DNA of 64,000 nucleotides from Escherichia coli (GTDB lineage Bacteria; Pseudomonadota; Gammaproteobacteria; Enterobacterales; Enterobacteriaceae): NCBI RefSeq assembly GCF_017348835.2, contig NZ_CP071375.1; one strand, 5' to 3'. Shown piece by piece: positions 1 to 11,420 of this stretch (position 1 is its first letter; each line of letters starts with the position of its first letter). The notes under the pieces were generated by a model. It saw only the letters and a program-made list of their open reading frames with translations, ran no database searches and was not told where the DNA came from. The position numbers and the translations under genes were made by a program.

Positions 1-141
1 TTAACCGTTTCAGTCAGCCTATCCTTGATGAAACCGCGAGCAAAGATAGGTGATTACGTCATGGTTTTACAGAAAATTACAGAAAAAGGAGGCAATATCG
101 GGTAAAGGCATTAGCCCGACGAATACGTCGGGCTACAAGTA

Positions 142-882
142 TTATTGTGCTGCAGGTGTTTTAGCGGGTTGTTGATCCACAGGTTCTAACTGGAAGACCA
201 CATCGACCTGATCATCAAACTGAATAGCGGCCTGCTCGTAAGTTTCCTGGGCGGACACCGGCGCGGCATCGGCTTTCATCATCCGCACCATTGGGCTGGG
301 CTGATAGTTGGAAACATGGTAGCGCACGCTATATACCGGCCCCAGTTTACGATGAAAGCCGTTCGCCAGTTCCTGCGCCTGATGAATCGCGTTATCAATC
401 GCTGCCTTACGCGCTTTGTCTTTATAGGCATCTGGCTGCGCCACGCCCAGCGACACAGAACGAATTTCGTTAAGACCCGCCTTCAGCGCGCCATCCAGCA
501 AGAAATTCAGTTTGTCTAACTGACGGAGCGTGACTTCCACCGTTCTCACAGCGCGGTAGCCTTTCAGGATACTTTTACCATCCTGATAATCATAATCTGG
601 CTGGGTACGTAAGTTCGCTGAGCTGATATCTTTTTTCGCGATCTGATTGAGTTCAAGGAAGGAAATGTATTGTGCGACGCGCTCATCTGCCTGTTTCTTG
701 GCAGTAGCGGCATCCTTCGCGGCCACGTTGACTTCAATCGCAAGAGTGGCAATGTCTGGCACCGCATCCACGCTTGCCGTACCGGAGGTGACAATATGCG
801 GTCCATCCGGCAATTCGTTAGCCTGCGCTGCCATCCCGCTAATACCCATTAATGCCGCCAGGGCGATAACTTTGAACTTCAC
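142..882 (-). CDS. yggE: YggE, DUF541 periplasmic oxidative-stress defence protein
   Basis: 246-aa ORF with signal peptide; sequence and position match E. coli YggE next to argO. Confidence 0.85.
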   Translation of the reverse strand: MKFKVIALAALMGISGMAAQANELPDGPHIVTSGTASVDAVPDIATLAIEVNVAAKDAATAKKQADERVAQYISFLELNQIAKKDISSANLRTQPDYDYQDGKSILKGYRAVRTVEVTLRQLDKLNFLLDGALKAGLNEIRSVSLGVAQPDAYKDKARKAAIDNAIHQAQELANGFHRKLGPVYSVRYHVSNYQPSPMVRMMKADAAPVSAQETYEQAAIQFDDQVDVVFQLEPVDQQPAKTPAAQ

Positions 883-974
883 GTTAGTCTCTCCGTGTTA
901 ATTGACTTGCCCAAAATTCAGGACCTCTGGAGGCAAGCTTAGCGCCTCTGTTTTATTTTTCCATCAGATAGCGC

Positions 975-1610
975 CTAACTGAACAAGGCTTGTGCATGAG
1001 CAATGCCATCTCTCGCCAGCTGCAAGGCAATAAACCACATAACACATCCCACTACCAGATTGATAATGCGCTGTGATTTTGCCGTGCGCAGGCGCGGTGC
1101 CAGCCAGGCTGCAAGAATAGCCAGACCAAAGAACCACAGGAAAGAGGCGCTAATTGTCCCGAGCGCAAACCAACGTTTTGGTTCCACATCAAGTTGCCCG
1201 CCGAGGCTGCCCAGTACAACAAAAGTATCCAGGTAAACATGCGGATTCAGCCAGGTCACTGCCAACATGGTGGCGATAATTTTCCATCTTCCTTGCTTCA
1301 GGACTTCGGCACTGGCTAACTCAATATTACTGCTCATCGCTGTTTTAAAAGCGCCAAAACCATACCAGAGCAAGAAGGCTACGCCGCCCCAGGTGACCAG
1401 CGCCAGCAACCACTGCGACTGCATCAATAACGCGCTGCCACCAAAAATCCCGGCGCAAATCAGGACCAAATCGCTGATAGCGCAAAGTAAGGCAATCATA
1501 ATGTGGTACTGACGACGAATGCCCTGATTCATCACAAAAGCATTTTGTGGACCGAGCGGTAGGATCATAGCTGCGCCAAGCGCAAGACCTTGAAAGTAAT
1601 AAGATATCAC
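975..1610 (-). CDS. argO: Arginine exporter ArgO (LysE family)
   Basis: 211-aa polytopic membrane protein; N-terminus [23 protein letters not shown] matches ArgO. Confidence 0.9.
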   Translation of the reverse strand: MISYYFQGLALGAAMILPLGPQNAFVMNQGIRRQYHIMIALLCAISDLVLICAGIFGGSALLMQSQWLLALVTWGGVAFLLWYGFGAFKTAMSSNIELASAEVLKQGRWKIIATMLAVTWLNPHVYLDTFVVLGSLGGQLDVEPKRWFALGTISASFLWFFGLAILAAWLAPRLRTAKSQRIINLVVGCVMWFIALQLARDGIAHAQALFS

Positions 1611-1813
1611 GTAATTTATTCCGAGCTAATTATCTGATTTGCAGACTATAGCGTGTGAGCATCATTAGAGGAAATGGATATTTTTAATAGCATATTAAAA
1701 ATATTAATAAGAAAACGAACAGTCAGGATGCGTGGCTATTTTTTGGATAACAATATCGCTCACAGGAATCGTGCTACGGCCATTACGGCCTCGCTTTATA
1801 AAGGACTCACACA

Positions 1814-2743
1814 ATGCATGCTTATGATCTTACCCTCTTGCCCCATCCTATCCGCGAAAATATGCCGCGCCAACAAGGTTGGTGCTTTGGCCTACCGCCA
1901 GGCATAACGCCCGAACAGTGGCCGCTGGATCCAAATAATGGTTTCCCATTGAATCATGGATTTACCCTGCTGTTGCCGGAAGATTATCGGATTTATGGGC
2001 CAGAGATTGTCGCGTTATCTTTCTTTGCTGTTGCGCCCGAGCACAACGATGGCGGAACACCATGTACAGAAGAATTATTGGATGTGTTTGAGAATTTTGA
2101 GTCCGGCATACCCCCCGAAGATCCAGACCTTTATGTTTTCTGGCTGGCAGAAAAGCAACGACATCCACGGCTATTTCGGATGGAAGATATATTAGGTTGT
2201 TCTTATGCGGTGATTTTACTCACCCAGCAAGAGTTCAACGGCCCATTTTGTGAACCGCCTGAACTTATACCTAATCACTATCGCAACCAGCAAGATACAC
2301 CAGAATGGATGACCACCGACAGTGCGTTTAGTTATTTTCAGGCAAGCGTCAGACCAAAAGATACGCCTGAAAGCAATTTTGTATACCGTAAAATGGGCAC
2401 CATTCCTGAGCAGTCGCTGGCTTTCAATCTGGCGATTTCATGTAAGCCGCGCGCTTTTGATCCTAATGCGGGAATTAGCCCCACAGAAAGAAATAATACG
2501 GAATATCAGTCCATTCGTTATTTTTCTAAAGATGCAGAGGGAAAGAGTAAATGTGAAACTCACCAGTGGCATAGTGCACATCAACCCGATCATCTCGGTG
2601 GTTCAATGGTTCCATTGCAATCTATACCAGATGGAATGTCACCTTTTTATATTGAATTTGAAGAATACTTCGGCGGGTATAATTTTGGTACTGGCAATGC
2701 GTGGCTGGACTTTAAAAATATGAAGTTCGATTTTAGTTGTTAA
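1814..2743 (+). CDS. Hypothetical protein, accessory (not at this locus in K-12 as I recall)
   Basis: 309-aa ORF on the opposite strand to its flanking core genes; no family recognised. Confidence 0.45.
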   Translation: MHAYDLTLLPHPIRENMPRQQGWCFGLPPGITPEQWPLDPNNGFPLNHGFTLLLPEDYRIYGPEIVALSFFAVAPEHNDGGTPCTEELLDVFENFESGIPPEDPDLYVFWLAEKQRHPRLFRMEDILGCSYAVILLTQQEFNGPFCEPPELIPNHYRNQQDTPEWMTTDSAFSYFQASVRPKDTPESNFVYRKMGTIPEQSLAFNLAISCKPRAFDPNAGISPTERNNTEYQSIRYFSKDAEGKSKCETHQWHSAHQPDHLGGSMVPLQSIPDGMSPFYIEFEEYFGGYNFGTGNAWLDFKNMKFDFSC

Positions 2744-2797
2744 AGTTCACGGCTTTTAATATTAATGACGACCAATAAAATTACAGATGGAACTGAG

Positions 2798-3841
2798 ATG
2801 ACATTCAAACACTTTTTACTTTCTCTGGTATCAGGATTACTTCTGATATCTTCCCACAACGTTGCCGCTGAAAAAATTCTTCGTTATACAGACCATGAAC
2901 CCTACGGGGGAATGCGTACACAAATAATTAAAGAGATATTTTTTGCAGAAATTGAAAAAGAGTCGCAGGGGCGTTTGAAAATCGAACCACACTGGAACGG
3001 TGAAACCGCCATCAGCTATGACGCTCTGACGACAATAAGTGATGGTAGCAAAGCTGATATGGGTATAGTGGTACCGGAATACACAGCGAAACAATTACCG
3101 CTTCATCAAATCTTCAAGAGCTTTGCTATTGGCCCGGATCATGGAGCCAGTCAGGTAGAATTCTTTCGTCGCTTATATGCGGAAATTCCCGAATTTAACG
3201 CTGAACTTGAGCGTAACAATATCGTGAATTTACAGTTTTTCCTTGGCTACCCGGTAGGCTTTTTCTCTACCAGGCCCATTGATAAATTGACTGCACTTCA
3301 GGGAACCACCTGGCGAACAGCCAGTTTCTGGCATCGGGCTTATTTAACTCATACGGGGGCAAAAACCGTAACCTTACCGTGGAATGAGCAAATTACGACA
3401 GCACTCCGCGACGGACAACTCGATGGCTTAATGGTCAATCTTGATAGCGGATATGACATCCATGCTGAACGTGCTGCGCCGAATGTGTTGCTCTCCCCTT
3501 CGCTCTGGCTTGGTCATGTTTATCTGTTGGTAATGAATAAACAAACGTGGGAAAACCTTGATAACAGAGATCGTGAGGCTATTCAACAAGCGGCCATTAC
3601 AACCGAGAAAGCGCTGGGCAAGGCATTAGATAACAACCTGATCAGCATGGTAAAAACGCTTGAGCAGGAAGGTGCACAGGTTCGCTATTTGAAAAAATCA
3701 GAGCTGGACGCCTGGCAGAAAGCGATTGGTTATCAGCAAGAGCAAACGCAGTGGGTAGAACAGCAAAAAACTGAAGGCGTGGATAATGCCGGGGAAGTCA
3801 TGCAAAAAGTTGCCAATATACTTGATGAAACAATGCGTTAA
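2798..3841 (+). CDS. Secreted protein, possibly an orphan periplasmic solute-binding protein (TRAP/DctP-like, weak)
   Basis: ORF 2765..3841; signal-peptide-like N-terminus from internal Met (MTFKHFLLSLVSGLLLISSHNVAA); no partner permease genes. Confidence 0.4.
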   Translation: MTFKHFLLSLVSGLLLISSHNVAAEKILRYTDHEPYGGMRTQIIKEIFFAEIEKESQGRLKIEPHWNGETAISYDALTTISDGSKADMGIVVPEYTAKQLPLHQIFKSFAIGPDHGASQVEFFRRLYAEIPEFNAELERNNIVNLQFFLGYPVGFFSTRPIDKLTALQGTTWRTASFWHRAYLTHTGAKTVTLPWNEQITTALRDGQLDGLMVNLDSGYDIHAERAAPNVLLSPSLWLGHVYLLVMNKQTWENLDNRDREAIQQAAITTEKALGKALDNNLISMVKTLEQEGAQVRYLKKSELDAWQKAIGYQQEQTQWVEQQKTEGVDNAGEVMQKVANILDETMR

Positions 3842-3882
3842 ATTGGTAGTGCGCCCATGAATTTCATGGGCGCTTCACATGA

Positions 3883-4758
<876 letters not shown>

Positions 4759-4939
4759 TCAATATTCCTTTTCAACTGACTCAAAATGGAGAAATACACT
4801 CCGCCGCCTTATGACGGGCAGTCTGACAAGGGTAAACAATAAAGCATAATTTTGCCAAATAGATCACAGATTTCTCATCTGCATCACCTTGCTTTTGGCG
4901 AAAAAAAGACCCGCAGAGCGGGGCTCAGACAGATATCAA

Positions 4940-5060
4940 TGTGCGCTTTGTCATGCCGGATGCGGCGTGAACGCCTTATCCGGCCTACAAAAACCTGCGA
5001 ATTCAATATATTGCAGGATACGTGTAGGCCTGATAAGCGTAGCGCATCAGGCAATTTTTC
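4940..5060. repeat. REP/BIME palindromic units
   Basis: gccggatgcggcgtgaacgccttatccggcctaca and inverted partner ...taggcctgataagcgtagcgcatcaggc. Confidence 0.8.
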
Positions 5061-5116
5061 TTTTGGCAAAAAAAAGACCCGCAGAGCGGGCCTTGAGATA
5101 AGCAGAAAGGAATGAC

Positions 5117-6196
5117 TTACAGAACGTCGATCGCGTTCAGTTCCTGGAATGCTTTTTCCAGACGAGCGATCATCGAAGTCTGACCGGCACGCAGCCATAC
5201 GCGCGGATCGTAGTATTTCTTGTTCGGCTGATCTTCGCCTTTCGGGTTGCCCAGCTGGCCCTGCAGGTAAGCTTCGTTCGCTTTGTAGTAGTTCAGAACG
5301 CCTTCCCAGGTTGCCCATTGGGTATCGGTATCGATGTTCATTTTCACTACGCCGTAGCTTACGGAGTCTTTGATTTCCTGAGCAGTAGAACCGGAACCAC
5401 CGTGGAATACGAAGTTCAGGCTGTTGTGCGGCAGGTTGTGTTTCTTAGAAACATATTCCTGAGAATCACGCAGGATGGTCGGAGTCAGAACCACGTTACC
5501 CGGCTTGTAAACACCGTGTACGTTACCGAAGGAAGCTGCGATGGTGAAACGCGGGCTGATTTTGCTCAGCTCGGTGTATGCGTAATCAACGTCTTCCGGC
5601 TGGGTGTACAGTGCGGAAGCGTCCATGTGGCTGTTGTCCACGCCGTCTTCTTCACCACCGGTGCAACCCAGTTCGATTTCCAGAGTCATGCCGATTTTGG
5701 ACATACGCTCCAGGTATTTAGAGCAGATTTCGATGTTCTCTTGCAGAGATTCTTCAGACAGGTCGATCATGTGAGAAGAGAACAGCGGCTTGCCGGTAGC
5801 AGCGAAGTGTTTTTCACCCGCGTCCAGCAGACCGTCGATCCACGGCAGCAGTTTCTTCGCGCAGTGGTCAGTGTGCAGGATAACCGGAACACCATAATGT
5901 TCAGCCATCTGGTGAACGTGATGCGCACCAGAGATCGCGCCCAGGATAGCAGCACCCTGCGGAACGTCAGATTTCACGCCTTTACCAGCGATAAAAGAAG
6001 CACCACCGTTGGAGAACTGAACGATAACCGGCGCTTTAACTTTAGCAGCGGTTTCCAGTACGGCGTTGATGGAGTCAGTACCGACGCAGTTTACTGCTGG
6101 CAGTGCGAAGTTGTTTTCTTTTGCTACCTGGAAAACTTTCTGTACGTCATCACCAGTGATTACGCCAGGTTTTACGAAATCAAAAATCTTAGACAT
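5117..6196 (-). CDS. fbaA: Fructose-bisphosphate aldolase class II
   Basis: ORF 5117..6280 trimmed to internal Met giving MSKIFDFVKPGVITGDD... (359 aa). Confidence 0.95.
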   Translation of the reverse strand: MSKIFDFVKPGVITGDDVQKVFQVAKENNFALPAVNCVGTDSINAVLETAAKVKAPVIVQFSNGGASFIAGKGVKSDVPQGAAILGAISGAHHVHQMAEHYGVPVILHTDHCAKKLLPWIDGLLDAGEKHFAATGKPLFSSHMIDLSEESLQENIEICSKYLERMSKIGMTLEIELGCTGGEEDGVDNSHMDASALYTQPEDVDYAYTELSKISPRFTIAASFGNVHGVYKPGNVVLTPTILRDSQEYVSKKHNLPHNSLNFVFHGGSGSTAQEIKDSVSYGVVKMNIDTDTQWATWEGVLNYYKANEAYLQGQLGNPKGEDQPNKKYYDPRVWLRAGQTSMIARLEKAFQELNAIDVL

Positions 6197-6410
6197 GTCT
6201 CTTGTCCTGTATCGTCGGGCCTTATACTCGTCATACTTCAAGTTGCATGTGCTGCGTCTGCGTTCGCTCACCCCAGTCACTTACTTATGTAAGCTCCTGG
6301 GGATTCACTCTCTTGTCGCCTTCCTGCAACTCGAATTATTTAGAGTATGAAAAAATGCGTGCTCTAAAAGCGCGCTGAAACAAGGGCAGGTTTCCCTGCC
6401 CTGTGATTTT

Positions 6411-7574
6411 TTACTTCTTAGCGCGCTCTTCGAGCATCGCTACTGCAGGCAGTACTTTACCTTCCACGAATTCGAGGAATGCGCCGCCGCCAGTGGAGAT
6501 GTAGGAGATTTTGTCAGCAATGCCGAACAGGTCGATTGCTGCCAGAGTGTCGCCGCCGCCAGCGATGGAGAACGCTTCGCTGTCTGCGATAGCGTTAGCC
6601 ACGATTTCAGTACCTTTGCGGAAGTTCGGGAATTCGAACACGCCAACCGGACCGTTCCACAGAATAGTTTTCGCATTCTTCAGGATTTCAGCCAGTTCCT
6701 GAGCGGAAGCATCACCGATATCCAGGATCTGCTCGTCAGCTTTCACATCGTTAACAGATTTCAGGGTAGCCGGTGCAGTTTCAGAGAACTCGGTTGCTAC
6801 GCGAACATCAGACGGAACCGGGATGTTGCAAGTGGTCAGCAGACGTTTTGCTTCGTCAACCAGGTCAGCTTCGTACAGGGATTTACCCACATCGTGGCCT
6901 TGTGCCGCGATAAAGGTGTTAGCGATACCACCACCAACAATCAGCTGGTCAGCGATTTTAGACAGGGAGTCCAGAACGGTCAGTTTGGTAGATACTTTAG
7001 AACCACCAACGATAGCCACCATCGGGCGAGCAGGTTCTTTCAGTGCTTTACCCAGCGCGTCCAGTTCAGCTGCCAGCAGCGGGCCTGCGCACGCAACGTC
7101 AGCGAATTTACCGATACCGTGAGTAGAAGCCTGCGCGCGGTGAGCAGTACCGAATGCGTCCATTACGAACACGTCACACAGTGCAGCGTATTTTTTGGAC
7201 AGGGTTTCGTCGTCTTTCTTCTCGCCTTTGTTGAAGCGAACGTTTTCCAGAACAACCAGTTCACCTTCAGCAACGTCAACGCCGTCGAGGTAATCTTTAA
7301 CCAGACGAACCGGGTTAGACAGTTTGTCTTTCAGGTAGTTAACAACCGGCAGCAGAGAGAATTCTTCGTTGTACTCGCCTTCGGTAGGACGACCCAGGTG
7401 GGAAGTTACCATCACTTTTGCGCCTTGTTTCAGGGCCAGTTCGATGGTCGGCAGAGAAGCACGGATACGCGCGTCGCTGGTTACTTTCCCGTCTTTTACT
7501 GGTACGTTCAGATCCGCACGGATAAATACACGTTTCCCAGCAAGATCCAGATCGGTCATCTTAATTACAGACAT
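6411..7574 (-). CDS. pgk: Phosphoglycerate kinase
   Basis: ORF 6411..7637 trimmed to [25 protein letters not shown]... (387 aa). Confidence 0.95.
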
Positions 7575-7623
7575 GGTGAATCCTCTCGTTGATTCTAAAA
7601 GTTTTGCAGACGCTGCTTGCGTC

Positions 7624-8643
7624 TTACCTGAAAGCAACAGTAGCCATAGCTAACGTCGTGTCGAGCATTCGGTTAGCAAAGCCCCATTCGTTATCGCACC
7701 AGACCAACGTTTTGATCAGGTGTGCGCCACTGACCCGGGTTTGGGTGCCATCGACAATGGCACTGTGCGGATCGTGGTTAAAATCTACAGAGACCAACGG
7801 CAATTCCGTATAGTCAACTATACCATGAAATGCACCTTGTGCTGCTTTTTGCAGCAACAGGTTGACTTCATTGGCTTTTACAGGTTTCTTCACCGTCACG
7901 CTTAAATCGATTGCCGTCACATTTATGGTTGGCACACGTACCGCAATCGCTTCAAAGCGATCGTTAAATTGCGGAAAAAATCGTGTGATACCGGCGGCCA
8001 GTTTAGTATCGACTGGAATGATCGACTGGCTGGCTGCCCGAGTGCGACGCAGGTCAGGATGGTATGCATCAATAACCTGTTGATCGTGCATGGCGGAGTG
8101 AATTGTGGTCACAGTGCCGGACTCAATACCGTACGCATCATCTAACAATTTGATGACGGGAATTATGCAATTCGTGGTACAGGAAGCGTTAGAAACGATG
8201 CGGTGTTCCGCACGAAGTTGATCCTGATTGACGCCGTAAACAACGGTCGCGTCGAGATCGTTACTGCCAGGATGTGAAAAGAGCACTTTTTTGGCCCCGG
8301 CGGCAATATGCGCTTCGCCATGCTCGCGGGAGCCATATACGCCGGTGCAGTCGAGGACTACATCAACGCCAAGTTCACGCCAGGGGAGCGATTGCAGTGA
8401 ACGTTCATGCAATACGCGGATGGCGTCATCACCAACAAAAAGTTGATCGCGTTCCTGTCGTACTTCCCATGCAAAACGGCCATGGCTGGTGTCATATTTC
8501 AACAAATGCGCCATGCCCGCAGCATCCGCCAGTTCGTTGATTGCCACCACGGTAATTTCCGCCCGGCGTCCGGATTCATACAAAGCACGAACCACATTAC
8601 GCCCGATGCGACCGAAGCCATTTATCGCTACGCGTACGGTCAT
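7624..8643 (-). CDS. epd: Erythrose-4-phosphate dehydrogenase
   Basis: ORF 7624..8727 trimmed to [25 protein letters not shown]...; GAPDH-family Rossmann motif. Confidence 0.9.
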
Positions 8644-9014
8644 AGATCTCCTGCAAGATTTTCCCTGAGCAAATTTGCCAGACAGAGTAATCCAGCAAAT
8701 CGTCCGGGGAAACCTTACCTGTCGCAAACTGCGACTGATTGGTTAATTGTCGAACATTTAATCGACTGAAACGCTTCAGCTAGGATAAGCGAAACGTGGA
8801 ATAAAAGGAATGATTGTCCAGTCAAAGAAAACAAATATCTGACTTACGTCACGTTTTCAGCCCCGCCCCTGTGGAATTTATTCCACTTTGCAGAATCACG
8901 AATAAGCGTAGCAAAATCTTTTCGTTGTGCCGTCACAAACCCTGACTTATATCAGAATATGACTGATGCAGCGTCGATATTATCTGCAATACGTCCGAGT
9001 TTCGGAGTACTCCA

Positions 9015-9446
9015 ATGATGACATTGCCCTACCCATATTCTTCCTCCGCACGCTTTTACGCACTGCGCCTCCTCCCCGGGCAGGAAGTTTTTTCCCAGCT
9101 ACACGCTTTTGCACACCAGCAGCAACTTCATGCCGCCTGGATTGCAGGCTGTACCGGTAGCCTGACTGACATCGCCTTGCGCTATGCCGGGCAAGAAGGC
9201 ACCACGCTCCTGAACGGTACATTCGAAGTGATCTCACTAAACGGCACGTTGGAACAGAGTGGTGAGCATCTTCATCTCTGCGTTTCCGATCCACACGGCA
9301 CGATGCTTGGCGGTCATATGATGCCCGGCTGTACCGTGCGGACCACGCTTGAACTGGTGATCGGTAGCCTTGAGGAACTGGCGTTTAGCCGCCAACCTTG
9401 CGCGCTTTCTGGTTACGACGAGTTGCATATTTCCCCCGTTAAATAA
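9015..9446 (+). CDS. PPC/DUF296-domain protein
   Basis: 143-aa ORF; resemblance to PPC-domain proteins from recall; first gene of inserted cluster. Confidence 0.4.
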   Translation: MMTLPYPYSSSARFYALRLLPGQEVFSQLHAFAHQQQLHAAWIAGCTGSLTDIALRYAGQEGTTLLNGTFEVISLNGTLEQSGEHLHLCVSDPHGTMLGGHMMPGCTVRTTLELVIGSLEELAFSRQPCALSGYDELHISPVK

Positions 9447-9468
9447 CTACTTTCAGAGAGGTTTTCTT

Positions 9469-10047
9469 ATGGCGCGTCGCCACTTTTCCAGTCAGGCGCT
9501 GGTGTTAATCGTTATATCTATCGCCATCAATATGATCGGCGGGCAACTGGCCAGCATGGTCAAATTACCTATATTTCTCGACTCCATCGGCACACTTATT
9601 AGCGCGGTACTGCTTGGTCCGGTGATCGGAATGCTGACCGGCTTACTGACCAATTTACTCTGGGGATTGCTGACCGACCCGATCGCCGCCGCATTTGCAC
9701 CCGTCGCGATGGTCATCGGCCTGGTCGCCGGTTGGCTGGCGCGAGCGGGTTGGTTTCGCACCCTACCAAAAGTCGTTGTCAGCGGCGTGATTATTACGCT
9801 TGCGGTAACGGTCGTCGCTGTACCGCTGCGTACTGCGCTGTTCGGCGGTGTCACCGGTAGCGGAGCCGATTTGTTCGTTGCCTGGATGCACTCGATGGGG
9901 CAAAACCTGGTGGAGTCGGTGGCGATTACGGTGATAGGCGCGAACCTGGTCGATAAAACTCTTACAGCGGTGATTGTCTGGCTTTTACTGCGCCAGCTGC
10001 CGATTCGCACCACGCGCCATTTTCCGGCAATGGCTGCCGTGCGCTAA
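9469..10047 (+). CDS. ECF-transporter substrate-specific (S) component, substrate unknown
   Basis: About 192 aa from internal Met of ORF 9370..10047; small polytopic protein directly upstream of T and A components. Confidence 0.5.
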   Translation: MARRHFSSQALVLIVISIAINMIGGQLASMVKLPIFLDSIGTLISAVLLGPVIGMLTGLLTNLLWGLLTDPIAAAFAPVAMVIGLVAGWLARAGWFRTLPKVVVSGVIITLAVTVVAVPLRTALFGGVTGSGADLFVAWMHSMGQNLVESVAITVIGANLVDKTLTAVIVWLLLRQLPIRTTRHFPAMAAVR

Positions 10048-10755
10048 ATGCATCCATTTACCTCATTAACACTGTGGGCATTGGCGGCCTGCACCACGCT
10101 TATCCTGCCCGCGCAGACCATTTTGCCGATCTATAGCGCGGCGACCTTTTTTTGCCTTATTGCGCTAAAGGCCACGCGGCGGCGGGCAAAATATGTCGTC
10201 TGGCTGATGTTCTCGCTGGGAGCCGGGCTGTGGCTGGTACACGGTGGCTGGCTAACAGAATGGCTAAGCGGCACGCCGCGTTCGCCGGAGCGTTGGACGC
10301 ATGCTATTACGCTCTGGTTGCGGATTCTGGCGATTGTTTCAACCTCACAGTTGTGGATGCAGTACGTCCCCGTGCAATGTTTTATCCGCGCTCTGTTTGC
10401 TTCTCGCCTGCCGCCAGGCGTCGCTTATCTGTTTGCCGGGCCGTTATTGGTCGTTGAGCAGTTAAAACGGCAATTAGCGATTATTCATGAAGCGCAGCGT
10501 GCCCGCGGCGTGCCGCTGGATGAGGGCTGGTATCAGCGTTTACGTGCGATGCCCGCGTTAATTATTCCGCTAACACACAATGCGCTAAACGATCTTGCTG
10601 TCCGTGGTGCGGCGCTGGATATGCGGGCATTTCGGATCCACAACCGACGAACAACGTTGTGGGCACCAGCCGATAGCACCCTACAACGCGTAGCGCGTTA
10701 CACCATGATCTTGCTGATGCTGACAGAATTCGGAGCGTGGATATGGTTACGTTAG
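10048..10755 (+). CDS. ECF-transporter transmembrane (T) component, EcfT/CbiQ-like
   Basis: 235-aa membrane protein between S component and two ABC ATPases. Confidence 0.5.
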   Translation: MHPFTSLTLWALAACTTLILPAQTILPIYSAATFFCLIALKATRRRAKYVVWLMFSLGAGLWLVHGGWLTEWLSGTPRSPERWTHAITLWLRILAIVSTSQLWMQYVPVQCFIRALFASRLPPGVAYLFAGPLLVVEQLKRQLAIIHEAQRARGVPLDEGWYQRLRAMPALIIPLTHNALNDLAVRGAALDMRAFRIHNRRTTLWAPADSTLQRVARYTMILLMLTEFGAWIWLR

Positions 10756-11420
10756 AACAGTTCCGTTATTGCCCGACACACTCAACGCATCCTCCGTTCT
10801 GTTATGACTTTCACTATGTCAAACCGGGGATGGTCGCCATCTTTGGTGACAACGGCAGTGGCAAAAGTACGCTGGCACAGCTGATGGCGGGCTGGTATCC
10901 GGACTTTCTGCCAGGAGAGATAACAGGCACGGGGACGCTCCTCGGTACGCCCATTGGGCATCTCCCGCTTAATGAACAATCCGCCACCATCCAGCTCGTC
11001 CAGCAATCGCCCTATTTGCAGCTCTCCGGCTGTACCTTTAGCGTGGAAGAAGAAGTTGCCTTTGGGCCAGAAAATCTGTGTCTTGCTGAAGCAGAGATTA
11101 TGGCGCGGATTGATGCCGCCCTGACTCTGACCGAGTGCCAGCCGTTGCGCCATCGTCACCCGGCAACACTCTCCGGTGGAGAGACACAGCGCGTGGTCAT
11201 CGCCTGCGCCATCGCGATGCAGCCAAAGCTATTAATTCTTGATGAAGCCTTTAGCCGCCTGACGCCGCAGGCCAGCGAAATGCTGTTGCAGCGCTTACAA
11301 CACTGGGCGTTTGAACGTGGTTCGCTGATTATTCTTTTTGAACGTCATCGCACACCTTTCCTGAACTACTGCCAGCAAGCGTGGCAATTGCAAAACGGAG
11401 CACTCCAGCCACTATGTTAA
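10737..11420 (+). CDS. ABC ATPase, ECF A component
   Basis: Walker A GDNGSGKST, ABC signature LSGGETQRV, Walker B LLILDEA. Confidence 0.7.
   Translation: MDMVTLEQFRYCPTHSTHPPFCYDFHYVKPGMVAIFGDNGSGKSTLAQLMAGWYPDFLPGEITGTGTLLGTPIGHLPLNEQSATIQLVQQSPYLQLSGCTFSVEEEVAFGPENLCLAEAEIMARIDAALTLTECQPLRHRHPATLSGGETQRVVIACAIAMQPKLLILDEAFSRLTPQASEMLLQRLQHWAFERGSLIILFERHRTPFLNYCQQAWQLQNGALQPLC

Noticed and set aside
5117-6280. N-terminally extended ORFs as listed in the track for fbaA, pgk, epd, tktA, loiP, metK, galP, yqgE, ruvX, yggR, speC and others
   Set aside because: The extensions start at alternative or upstream codons; the shorter starts reproduce the known mature N-termini and fit neighbouring gene spacing.
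9492-10013. 173-aa minus-strand ORF overlapping the ECF S-component gene
   Set aside because: Antisense to a coherent transporter operon with proper Walker motifs and membrane topology; Thr/Ser/Pro-rich translation typical of an antisense frame.
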